The translations under genes and the position numbers were made by a program. From contig CDMY01000592.1 in the NCBI GenBank assembly GCA_001179505.1, positions 62,001 through 126,000 of the forward strand: 64,000 bases of DNA. The letters run 5' to 3'. Shown one piece after another: positions 27,342-39,579 of the stretch. The notes below the pieces were generated by a model. It was not told the DNA's origin and did not search any database. It was given only the letters and a program-made list of their open reading frames with translations. Source of the DNA: Vitrella brassicaformis CCMP3155. Its lineage: Eukaryota > Protista > Chromerida. Each line of letters starts with the position of its first letter. Within the stretch, counting starts at the first letter, position 1.

Positions 27342-28795
27342 ATGAGGCCGCCCACGTCTGTCAGCGCCCCTCCTCCCGCCACGGCTGATCCCCCAGACAC
27401 AGACGTCCTCAGACAATCAGCTTCTGAATTGGACGTCTCGACGACAAGGTCAGCGAAGTCATCGAAGCATCAACCAAAGGCTCAAGGAGATGGCGAAGGC
27501 GGCGCTCGGCTCTCAGGCGTGTCCACCACCGTCTCGACATCGGTCTCCACCCCTGCAGTGGACGGCCGGGCTCCGCTTGGCGACGGGGATTTCGGCTGAG
27601 GAGGGCGATCTGTGGGGCTTTCTGGTGCTGCGGATTGGCTGTGTGACCTTGTGGCTGACGGACTACCCTCTGAGGCATTTCCTGCTCATCATCGGCCTCC
27701 TCCTGATCTATGCACTGTGGTCGTGGGGTGGTTTTAGTTTTATCTACTACCTTCTCGTTATCCTTGGGTATGCGAGGAGTTTGTTATTCGCTCCCGTGAT
27801 TCCCTTTGTGATTGTGATATGGACACCGCCGTCGCTGATGCTCTTGATTGGATTGGGAAGTCTGTGCGCGCCGCCTCTTTGGTGGGGCACTCGATGGCTC
27901 GTCTATTTCTCTATCGTTCTGACCATTGTCTATTCCGGGTTCATGTACTTATTCGCGGTTTCTAATTATCTCACTATGTCCGTTGAAAGCGATACCTTCG
28001 GTATGCGCTTCGGCGCACTGGCGTGGCTGGCTGGAGGGGCCCTTCTCCAGTTGGCTCTCTTCATTGTCATCTCGGAGCCGCGGCTCATCCGTGCATCGAC
28101 CAGCCCGACGGGTGGAAGGGAAATCGACGTCGATCACAACCGGCTCTCATGCTGCGGCCGTCGGGCAGAGTGGAGACCCTCGGCGACGGCCGAGTGGATA
28201 GCCAAGGCCCGGCAAACAGAGCCCTTCCTCTACCGCTCGGTGACCAAGCGGTGGCTCAAACGGATGGACTATCTCACCTTCATTCGGTTGTATAAACTGC
28301 TGGCCGTCGTGGGGATGGCCGTGGACTTCATTACCGATGCGGCGGTGGGGTTTCAAATGATCACCGGGCTTCCAGAAAGGCTATGGGGTCGTGCAAGATC
28401 CATCTGTATGGTCGATGGCAAATATCCGTGGAGTGATTATGAAAGGGAATGCATGGATACCACGATGAGCCGTCTGAAAAGTGAAGCGCAAGGCTATGGA
28501 GTTGTTGGCTTTGTCATCCTGGGCCTATCGCTGGCCGACTTCATATCGCTGTTCATTCACTACGGCATCCGCGGCTCTCCCTCAGTATGCCAGCACATCT
28601 AGATTGTCGCCTTTGCCCTCCTGGAAGTGCCCATCTTGGTGCTGAGAATTGTGTGGGCGATGGAGGCCAGCAATCCGACGGTCTTCATCGTATCTGCCTT
28701 CTTCACTCTGGTGACGGTTCTCTCTCGAGTCGGGTCGTTTGCGTGGAGCATGTCTATGCGGCGAAAGAGTGGATTGTCGACCGACTCTCAAGAGG
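27342..28795 (+). pseudogene. Intronless multi-pass membrane protein paralogue, disrupted
   Basis: Colinear with 47530-48870. A 1-nt frameshift near 27590 separates the leader MRPPTSVSAPP...LGDGD from AEEGDLWGFLVLRIG. A premature TAG at 28600-28602 replaces TGC in the paralogue, and homology resumes at IVAFALLEVPILVL. Confidence 0.8.
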
Positions 28796-30598
28796 TGAGA
28801 AGAGGAGGGAATGAGGACGTTGTGTGTCATTCCTCGTTGTCTTGTTTACTATGCACCAGGGAGCTCCATCGGTCGTGTGATGGACGGCACATTCTTGGGC
28901 ACTTGGAAGTGCTTGGGCGAAGTATGGTACTTCCTGCTGCTGCTGCTGATGGGACTGACAAGTGGCCGGCTGTCTGTTATCCTTCCAGTCAATCAGACAG
29001 GGAGGAAGGGAGCCAAACGATCGGTGGATTCCACCGCCAGCCGCAGGACCGAAGTGGCTGTGCGTACGGATCTACGGCTGTATACATGTGTGTGCAGCTC
29101 CATGCATGTCAGTCACGTGCTTGTTTGCCTGTTGTAGCACGAAGGGATGTAGTTTCATGCCTTTCAGCTGCTTGTCTTGCCTTGAGCCCCTTTCTTTCTT
29201 CTGGCTCATCGACATGTTCGTGTGACTGACTTGTTTCGCTGGTCGATCTGTGTGTCTTTCTGGATGGACGGCCGGTGGCTGGAAAGCGTGGATGGTGGAC
29301 GGATGTGACCGTGATTGATGTCTTGACAGCGAAGGTGCTGATGGTGTGATGTGGTGTGCATTGAGTGTATGAGGGCAGCGACGGTCTGTGCGACGACAGA
29401 CAGACAGACATGCACCCAACTTGAATGCGGTCCCGCTTTCCTGCCTCCCTGTACGTCTGTCTGTCTGCCTGTCTGTCTGTCGAGGTTGCTGTGGGTGCTG
29501 CGTGGGTGGGCTGACGAAGGGATGTGCGTGCGTACGATGGATGCCATGCTTTGACTGACCGGCCAGATGCGATGCGTGTGTGATGTCATGTGTGTGAGCG
29601 AGACAGTGAATGAGTGGTGTCCGTCCACCCATTTCCTGGAATACTGAATTCAGTCAGTCAGTCACTCAGTCAGTCAGTCGTCCGCGTGTCGGTCTCACAT
29701 ACCATCGGCAATCCACGAAGGAAGTCCACCAACAAGGAAGCAGCCAGCCGTATGCACACACACACACACACACACACGCCATTTCGCACATGCATCCACA
29801 CACGCAGCCATGGCCGAAGGGGCGCCTTATGTGTGTGGGTGTCTGTCTGTGTCTCATCCATCCATCCATCCGCTAATCCTGCCTGCGTGGCAACGTGGCT
29901 GGATGTTTGTGGGTCTGTCTGTCTGTGTGTGTATTGGTCTGTCTGTTCCATCGGCGTCACTCACCGGACAAAGGCAGTCAGTCAGTCATGGATCGGATGG
30001 ACGAGAGAGGTCAGTCATGAAAGCATGAACCGAGAAAGAGAGACACACACGGGCGGGGTGGATGGGTGGATGATGGGTGGAGCCGAGAAAAAGAAAGGGA
30101 GGCGCTGTGTGTGTGTGTAGTGTTGGCTGGTGTGGCGCTGAATGGATGGACGGACGTGAGGTAGAAGAAGGTCCTTGCTGCCTGCCCTGCTCTCCTCCCT
30201 CTCTCGTACTTGCACACAAACTGCCTCGGTCGATGTGATGTATCTGTGTGGGTGTTGGTGGTGGCTAACCTTTCTCTCTCTCTCTCTCTCTCTCTGTCCC
30301 AGGAAGAAACAAAACCAGTGAGAGAGTTCCTGTCATCCAATCCACACAACACGAACGGGCAGACAGACGACTGCAACACACAACGAACTCCCATGCTCAC
30401 AAGCAGCGCTGCACGACAGCCAACCAGCCTGACAGTGAGTGAGGCAGGCAGCCATGGGATCTCTCCACACACAATCACACACTCATTCATTCATTCAGTC
30501 GCCAATCCATCCATACTCCCCCCCCCGTCGGTGTGCTGCGTGTGTGGTGTGTAGTATGGAGTGTGTGTGTGTGATGGTGTGATGGTGTGATGGTCTGT

Positions 30599-33500
30599 CT
30601 ACTTGGCGCGGCCATCGCGGTCGCGCTTCTTGCCCTTGGACATGTGGGCGTAGTTGATGGGCTCCTGGCCCTTGTCCCGCTTCTCCCGCAGACGGGGCGA
30701 CACGCGCAGCCCCACCCCCTCCCCTCCGCCCCCGGCAGCCTGGTTGTTGCCCTGCGTGGGGCCACGACGGCCACGGCGGCCCCTGGAGCCACCGCCACCG
30801 CCCCCAGCAGCAGCAGCGGCGGCGGCGGCCGGTGCGGGGCCGTCGTCGACGTCCATGTCGTCGTTGTCATGGTTGTCGGGGAGGCCGTAGTCCACCTGGG
30901 GGAAGGGCGGGTTCGGCGGCATCACAGGAAACCCTACATGGATGGACGCACAGAGAGAGAGGGGGAGAGGGGGGGATGGGGTGGTGGGTGAGTCTCTCTC
31001 TCTGTGTCTCTCTCTCTGTGTGTGTATGGGTGTGTGGTGGGTGTGCGGTGGTTTGGGTGGTTTGTGTCTCCTCTACCATACGCAATACGTACCCTCAGGA
31101 TAGTTGGCCTGCACCTCGCCCAGGAAGTGCTGATACCTGCACACACGAACAAACGAACCAACGACAAGACCACACGACCACCACCACCACCACCACCACA
31201 ACAACAGACATGTTATGTTCGTGTGCCCATCCATCCCTTTGCCTGTCCTCACTCCTCCCTCACTGGTCGCTTACTGAGTCTTGTCAACGATGTCGAAGAA
31301 GGGATGGTACAACGCCTGCACAGCCGTGATGCGACGATCCGGCTGGTACGTCAACATGCTGACGCAACCAACACACAACCACAGCCACATCACACACATG
31401 ACCCCCACACACCACACCCCTCCGCCCCCCTGTGTGTGTGTCTGCTGCGTCTGCCCACCGAGTGAAGAGATCCACGGCCAGCGAGTTGCGGTCGATGTCG
31501 GTGCGGCCGTAGGGGCGGTACCCGGCGGCCTGGGAGATGGAGTCGTGGCTGCGGCGCAGCAGCGCCGTGATGCCGTCACGCGGGTCGCGCACAAACTTGG
31601 GGAAACGCTGTACACACACACACACGCGCAGAGAGAGAGAGAGATGAATGAGTTGTGTTGTGTTGTGTGTGAGGGGGGCACATTGAACTGGTCGGCGTAG
31701 GTGAACGCTTCGCTGCCCGGCCAGATGGCGTTGGTGGGGGTGCCCAGCGTGTTGAGCATCTTCATCAACGTCTCAAACTGACAGAAAGGTGGCAACAGAG
31801 ACACACAGGCAGATGGGCACACAGGCAGACGAGTGTGTGTGGTTTTTGGAGGTGCTGCGCACCTCAGTGTGGGCGTTGAAGGCCGGCATGCCGCTCGTCA
31901 ACTCTATGAAGATGCACCCAGTGGACCTGACGACGGCACATGACACACACACACCAGAATTGCACAGGCCCCCTCCGTCCCCCTCTCTCCATCCATCCCT
32001 CTCAACCCCCTCTCTCCCCCTCCCTCTCTCTGAGTGTTGTGTCTTTTGTCGGCTGACTGACCAGATGTCCAGGGCATAGGTGTACTTGAAGTTGGCCGGT
32101 CCCATGAACAACTCGGGCGGGCGGTACCTGCACACACACGAACACGCACATAGAGAGAGACACTGCTGAATGCACTGTGCGATGCTCTCTGTATGTGTGT
32201 GAGGGTGTGAGGGTGTAGGTGTTGAGTTGTGTGCTCACCACTGAGTGGCCACCTCGTGCGACATCAACTTATTCGGAATCGTCACCGTGCGAGCCAAACC
32301 TGGGGAGTGAATACACCACACACACATGGATGGATGGATGGACAGATCTGTGTGTTGCCACGGTGTGTGCGGTAGCTGACCGAAGTCGGCGATTTTGACG
32401 ATCCAGTCGGTGGTCATGAGGATGTTCTGCGGTTTCAGGTCACGGTGGATGACTGCACACACACACACACGCATACACACACACACAGGTACATCAGTAC
32501 ATGGCTGTGGATGGAAGAATGGTTGGTATGGTATGGTGTGTGCCATAGTGTCAGAGTGGCGTACGTCCTTTGCAGTGCATGTAGGCGATGCCGTTGAGTA
32601 TCTGGTACATCACGCGGGCCAACTGCTCCAGCGTCGGCACTGCACACACACACACACATACAAACCAACACGTGAGCCCCTGTCCCTCCCCCTCTCCCTC
32701 TCCCTCTCCCATGTGTTGTCATTGTGTGTGTGCGTACCTGTGTTCATGGGGAGTAGTTTGTTTGGGTTCCAGTGGGGGTGATTGATCTTGTTCTCCTTGG
32801 CACAGATGGTACGGAGGCGTCCGACGTCGCCGGCCTCGCACAGCTCGAAGATGAGGTACACGATGGTGGCCATGGGGTCCGAGGGGTCCATGCCGACCTT
32901 GTGGAGGGTGACGATGTTCATGTGGCCCCTCAACGCCATCAACGCATTCACCTGACACACACACACACACGGGGAAAGATGGCGGGGACGTGGGGGAGAT
33001 GACTTTGTTGTGGTGCGTCGTGTTGTGTGTGGGATTGCGTGTGGTCCAGGCCTCACCTCGCGCATCGTGGTGGATTCTATGCCTTCGCCCCCGTTCCACT
33101 TCTTCATCTGCACACAACACATCACACCATATCACACCGCACCGCGTGCACACACATGAAGAGATGCCATTGTCACCATGCATTCCCTCTCGGGATGATC
33201 AGTCAGTGGCGTGGTTACCTACCTTCTTGATGGCCAGGGGTGTGCCCTCGGGGACCTCAGTCAACGTGCGATTCGTCACGGCAGCTACACAGCCATACGT
33301 TCCTGCACACCAACAGAATACGCAGACAGAGGGAAAGGAAAAAAGAGTTACGCAATGGAGAGCGTCAAGAATATGCCGATGCATCCAGCCACGCGTCCAC
33401 GCATCCACACAGAGCAAAATGCACCATCCATCCGATGCATCCGACGCATTCCATCCCGGCTCCCTCAGTGCATATCACGTCCCACGCCGTGTCTCAGGCT

Positions 33501-33631
33501 TCCCCGGCTCTTTTGACCCTCCCTCTCGTCTCTTTGGGCTCACCTGATCCGAGCATACGGACGAAGTTGAAATTCTGGACCACATAGGGGTCGTGCTCCA
33601 TGTCGTTGGACTGCGCAAGGGCCTGCGCCAT
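30599..33631 (-). CDS. Cyclin-dependent kinase-like (cdc2-related, CMGC) protein kinase
   Basis: Spliced motifs: LGSGTYGCV, LAIKK, EGIESTTMREV (PSTAIRE position), VIHRDLKPQNIL, KIADFGLAR, HEVATQWYRPPE, ALDIWS, LGTPTNAIWPG, RITAVQALYHPFF. Two further exons extend to the stop at 30599. Confidence 0.93.
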
Positions 33632-33825
33632 CCTCAACAAACCAACAACTCGCAGAAGCCTTCTATACGGCCTTTTAGGCGGCTGATCGCGATACCGATC
33701 AGGCGGCCATACCCAGAGAGCGATGCAAAGGCCGCACAAGGACAACTCCAAACCAACTCCAAAACTGCCCCCAGCTCGCACAAACCCTGCGTTTACATCA
33801 AACCCCAGCGCAGTGAGTGAGGGAG

Positions 33826-36800
33826 ATGGCGGCCATGAGAGCTGACGGTAAGGCCGGCCAGCAGCAGCAAGAAGGGGAAGATGCCGAGGAAGATCTCCCC
33901 TCCCTCACGCCGCGCACTGCCACGCGGGAGCTGGATGAAGAGCGGGAGCGGCGGCGGAGGGCCGAGGTGCGGACGGAGCAGCTGAGCCGCTTTATCAAAC
34001 AGGCCGAGGCCGACGCCAAGAAGCGCGAGACCACCAACCGCCAGCTCGAGGCCGATCGGGACAACTGGAAGCGGAAGTGGAAGACCGAACTGGACAGAAT
34101 GCACAAGTAGGATAGATACACTGATGCAGGGAAGGTCCCTCTCTGTGCGCATGGAGGATGTGCGCGAGAATCTGACGGCGTGTGTGTTGTGTTGCTGGTT
34201 TTCGTGTGTGCAGGTTGCAGGCTGAGAGTGCGCGTCAGGTGGAGGCGGTGCAGCGGGACCTTCAGGGGCAGGTGGAGGCACTGCAAAAGCTACACACACA
34301 CAGGTGCATGCGGTCGCACAGCACTGCACGGGAGGGGAAGGCCGCGATTCTCCCTGAGCTTCTTCTGTCGTCCATGATGGTTGCGTGTCATTGTTCCTTG
34401 CCCCATTCTCTGTCTGCAGGGACCGTAACAGCCAACTCAGCCACCTGCTCAGGGTCAAGGATAGCACACAAGAACGGTACATGACACACACGCCACGCCA
34501 AGAGGGAGAAAGAAGAGATCCGACCACCACAATCCATGAGTGCCCCTGTTCCTTTGTTTCTTTGTTCTGTCAGCTTGGAGGCCGAGATCCACCGGCTGCA
34601 GGACCTCGTAAGCCCTACCACCACACACAACACACACGACACGATCCATCCTCTATGCTTCTCTGTCGCTCGATCAGCTCTCACACCAGACCAACACCAA
34701 CCCCGACACAAAGAGTGCCGAGAAAGCTCCAATTACCCCCCTCTCTCCCCCTCCCCCGCCCCCCGTCCACATCCCTCCCGAGGCCACACCGGCCTTCCAG
34801 GCCCTCAAAGCCGAGTACGATAGGACCCTCTCGTTCATCACAGGCACTCTGGGGCTGCCGGGCCCTCCGCAGCTGTACCAGTGGAGAGGCACCGTCACTC
34901 ACACAGGGGAGGGAGAGGGCAAAGGGTCATCGCAACAGCAGATTGGAGAGGGTGGTGGTGCGCCGGAGCCCTCTTCGGCAGATGGCGGCGTGCAGGCTGC
35001 TGCTGCTGCGGCTGCGGAGGCAAAGGGCAAGGCCGCACCGCCCAAAGGTGAGCAGTGGGTGGATTCAATGCGCTGGATGGACCCGTGTCGTGTGTTCTCT
35101 CCCTTCTACCTCAGGTCCTCCGCCAAAGTTCTCCGGCGCCCGTCCACCCAAGCTCCCATCGGTCAAGGCCCCCCCACCACCGCCCAAACATCCAGCTGGC
35201 GGCAAACGAGCCCCTCCCATCAGCAAGTCGGCAGACGCCGCCAACCGAGGCAAGAAGGCGCCCATGTCCGAGTGCGTCAACATCCAGTGGGGGACGGCGG
35301 GGGGCGCACCCCCGAGGGCCGACGTGGGCACAGAGGAGATATTGCGGCTGCAGCAGCAGGCTAAGTTCTCACAGGCTGGTGTCGGAGGAGGTCACAGTGG
35401 GGGCAAGGAGGAGGGCAGCGGCAAACATGCTGGTGGGGGTGGGGGTGGCGCTGGGGTTGGGAGTGGGGCTGGTACATCGGCTAAGGGTGGTCGGATGAGT
35501 GTGGGCGGGGCTGGGGCTGGCGGTGGCGCTGCTGGTGTGGGTGAGAAGGGGAGGGTGGTTGTGGATTTTGACCAGACGGTGAGGGACTTCCCCGAGGCTG
35601 TAGCCGCCCGACAGAGGTACGTATGTCTGTCTGTCGTCTGCGTAAGAGCGGTGGGTGGGTGATCCACGTCTGCATCATCATCTGTGCATCCGTATACACC
35701 ATCCATGTGTGCAGTTTGACGAAGCGCCAGCTCAACCCCATCACGCCATCCAGTACCGACGGGCGGGACGACACAGCCACACCATCTGACTGACTGACTA
35801 CGCGCTCTATGTGTGATGGTGTCGGTCGTGTCAGTCTTCGATTTGGACGAGGAGGGCGAGCGGCTGATGCAGGGCGTAGCGCAGGACCCGCGGCTCGTGG
35901 AACTCTTCAAACGAAAACCCACCAAGGCAGACAACGCACTACACACCACACCTCTTTCGCCTCAGACAAACACATGCATGCCTTTCTTTTTTTCTGCACA
36001 CTCAGGCTGCCCCTGATTCGTTTGCCGCTGGAGGGGCCAAGCCGCAGCGGTCGTCATGCCTCACCGACAAGGGACAGAAGCGATACGGTCGGCACACTCA
36101 TTCCCCCACCCCTCCCAAACAACACACCCGTGTTTCCACAGAGTGAGAGAGAGGTGTCTGTATGGTTGTGTGTGTGTGTGTGTGTGTGCAGAGGTAGCCC
36201 GTCAGCGCATCGCAATGACGGTTACGGCCCGTCTGCGGGGGTGCATGTCGAGCCGCGAGCACCCCCACTGGCTGCATGAGTTCAAGCGCCTGTTCCTCGA
36301 GTGTAACCTGGAGTTCCTCAACAAGGAGCTCATCAACTCACTCATGTGACAAGAGACACACACACACACACACGCATCTATGTGCTTCGGGGGCGTGTTG
36401 TAGGGATGCTGTGCCGAAGGATGAAGACATAGCGGCCGTGCTGCAGTACAAACAGGTGGGAGTCTGTCTGTCTGTCTGACCGTCGGCCTGCGCCTTATGC
36501 ATTCTGTCTCCTTCCCGCTCCCTCTATCATCGTCTCTGTATGTGTGAGTCTGTCAGGATCACCCGGGTGTGCCGCTGCTCGCTGCCGAGGAGTTCGTCTA
36601 CAACGTATGTGCGACGACCGACGCCACACACAAAGCTCGACACACACATCTGTGTGCCTTTGTGTGTGTGACTATGCGTCAGATGTCGACCATCCCGCGT
36701 CTGAAGGAGCGGCTGGAGTGCATGGCGTTCAAGCTGTACGCTGAGGACTCATTCAAGGAAACCATCCAGGTGCCCTCACACAGACAGAGATTCTCTTGTG

Positions 36801-39540
36801 TCCATTGGACGTACGCGCCTGGATGTGTGTATGTGTGCGCCAGTACATTGAGGACCAGCTGGCGGCTCTGGACATGCTGATGAAGAGCAAGAGGCTCCAC
36901 CACCTATTCCTCGTACTTACAGACACACACCCCTCCCCGTGTCATAGCTATGCGTCTGTGTGTGTGTGTGTAGGTGATAGTGGCGATCGGCAACAAGCTC
37001 AACGAGGGCACCACTCTCGGCAACAGACAGTGGTTCAGACTCAAAACACTCAAAATGGTGGGCAGGGCAGGCCAAAATACCCAAACAAACACCTGAATGA
37101 CATAGATGTACCCCTCCCCACCTGTGTGCAGTTGGGAGACACCAAGATGACCACGGCGGACAGGCGCGAGCGGCACGTGCTGCACTACCTCATCGAGACC
37201 TTCCCGTGGACGCGTAAGCCATCCGTGAACATACGACAGAAGAAGCAAGCCATCCGTCCATCCTTCCATCCATGTGAATGCCTTTGTGGCTGTGTGTGTG
37301 TGTGTGTGCAGGTGAGGTGTTGGATGAGAAGGACATGCGCATCCTCGCCAAGGCGCAGCAGCGTGCGTACCCCCCCCACACACACACACGGACGGCCGGC
37401 CGCACTTGTGGATGCATCTCTCTGTGTGTGTGTGTGTGTGTATGTGTGTCTGTGTGTGTCAGAGCACGTTGCGATGACCTACACGTTGGGCATGGACCAC
37501 ATCAACTCGTGGCTCGCCGTAGGCATCACAGCACTCGCCTATTCCCTCCCAGACATCTCACATCTTTCTTTCTTTCTCTCTGTCTGCCTGCACACCATCA
37601 ATCAGATCAAGGCAGAGTATCGGCAGGAGAGGCGGCGCAACTCCATGGCTCCCCACGAGGCCGACAAAAGGGACTGGTCAGTCAGCCCGTCAGTCAGCCG
37701 ACCAACCCTCTACCTCTCTCCCAACGCCTCCTTATGTGTGTTTGGTTTGCTCCATTCGTGTGTCAGTTTCCACCAGGTCATGGCCGACTTCCACAAGCGG
37801 AGCGTGTCGCAGGTCATCCAGATGGACCACAAGCTGGGCGAGCTCAGGGATGCCTACACGGCAGCCGTTCTCTACTTCGGCGACGTGCAGGGCTTCTTTC
37901 CTATAGATGCGGTGAGTGAGTGAGTCAGTACCACTCTCCTGGTCACCTGTGGTCTTCCACCCATGTGATTGTGCGTGTGTGTGTGTGTGTGATTGTGTGT
38001 GTGTGTGTGTGCAGAGGGGCGACGATCCCAACACGTGTAGCATGCGGCCGGACCTCTGCAAGACTGTCTACGACTTCCTCAAGGACCTCAGAAAAGCCGC
38101 ACACGACGTCAAGAAAGAGGAACAACACAAACAGGTAGGTGCCTTACCTTCCTGACACCCACGCCTCACATCACAACAACTAACCAACTCGTCCCTCTGT
38201 CTCTCTGCCGTGCAGGTCAAGAGGACCCCCACCGGCCCCCCTGACATCCCCCGCCGCCCGAGCAAGCCCGTCGGCCGCTCGTCAAAGGGCACCCCTGTGC
38301 GCACACCCACCATGCCCACACCCACATCGCACACACACAAGGCCGGCCCCACACCATCGCCCCTGCCTCAGCCCGGCAGCAAACTGACCCCTCCCAGCAG
38401 AAAGGCCCCTTCGCCACCCGAAGACGGCAAGGGTGCTCCTGCCGCCGCCGCTGCTAGTGGTGCTGCTAGTGGTGCTGCTGTGTCGCCTGTGTCGCCTGTG
38501 ATAGGGCCGTTGATGGAGTTTCCAGGGCGGAAGACGTCTAGACGACCCTCGTGTAAGGGAGACGTGGGGGGACAGACAGATAGAGAGATGCGTCTGTGTG
38601 TGGTGTGGGGGTGGGGATGCAATGGGTGCAGTTGGTGTGGCCGTCATGCCGGATGCCATTCCGCCCTCGATGCTCAAACGGCACATCGGTACCACACCAC
38701 ACGCAAGCCCGTCTGTCCCTCTCTCTCTCTCTCTCTCTCTCTCCCATACTCATCTGTCAATATGTGGACTCGGCAGACAACAACGACGGCAGCGGTGGTG
38801 GCAAGGGCAAGAATGCCCGATGGCTGCCCAACATATGTGCGGCATTCCCGCGCACCCATCGGTGGCTTCTCGACAGGTTTCCGAACACAACGGCCACGTT
38901 GGGCCTGGTACGATGAATAGATAGATACCCACGTCAATTAGTGTATGTATGCCTGTCTTATCTCCCCTATGTGCAGAAAAAACCGCCGCCTAAACCGGAG
39001 CAGGCGGCGCCCTACCCGCCACCACCACCAGCATCCCACGCCACGGCCGGGCCGCTGCCAAGGACGAGAGCATTTCTGCTCGCAACGTTCAAACAAACGG
39101 CCAAACATCTAAAATTGGTAGGATGCTGCACACACATTGAAGCAACACTCCAGAAGCAAGAATGGCCTTGCAACTGTGGATCATCATTGGCTGCATCCAT
39201 CGTGTTGCATCAGGACTCGACGTCGACGACGCCGCCCGAAGCGGAGCAGGTGGCGCAGCAGAGCACCCTGTGGCCGCACACAAAGAAGTACGTCCTCAAG
39301 AATTTCCCAAGAACCACGGCAAAGCTCGGCATGGTACGATGAATAGATAGATACCCACGTGAATTAGTGTATGCCTGCCTTATCTCCCTTATGTGCAGAG
39401 GCACCCGCCGCCCGAACGAGAGCAGGTGGCACCACCATACCCACCACCACCGCCATCGTCTTCAACCGCCGCTGCCACGAACGAGAGCATTCCTACTCTC
39501 AACGTTCAAGCAGACGGCAGCCCAGCTGCGCAACGACTGA
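33826..39540 (+). CDS. Formin (coiled-coil N-terminus, short FH1-like Pro-rich segment, FH2 domain) with a C-terminal extension of repeated motif exons
   Basis: FH2-like exons: ECVNIQW, AAEEFVYN/MSTIPRLKERLECMAFK, VIVAIGNKLNEGTTLG, FRLKTLKM/LGDTK, HVLHYL, KLGELRDAYTAAVLYFGD, TVYDFLKDLRKAAHDV. The FH2 call is firm; the 3' end after 38552 is inferred from frame-compatible GT-AG splicing. Confidence 0.85.
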
Positions 39541-39579
39541 AATGTGTGTGGTGTGTGTGTGTGTGGTTGTTGCAACCAG

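Noticed and set aside
27490-28602. 370-aa ORF as an intact gene starting MAKAALG
   Set aside because: Its N-terminus is the out-of-frame reading of the shared leader. Comparison with the paralogue shows a frameshift and a premature stop.
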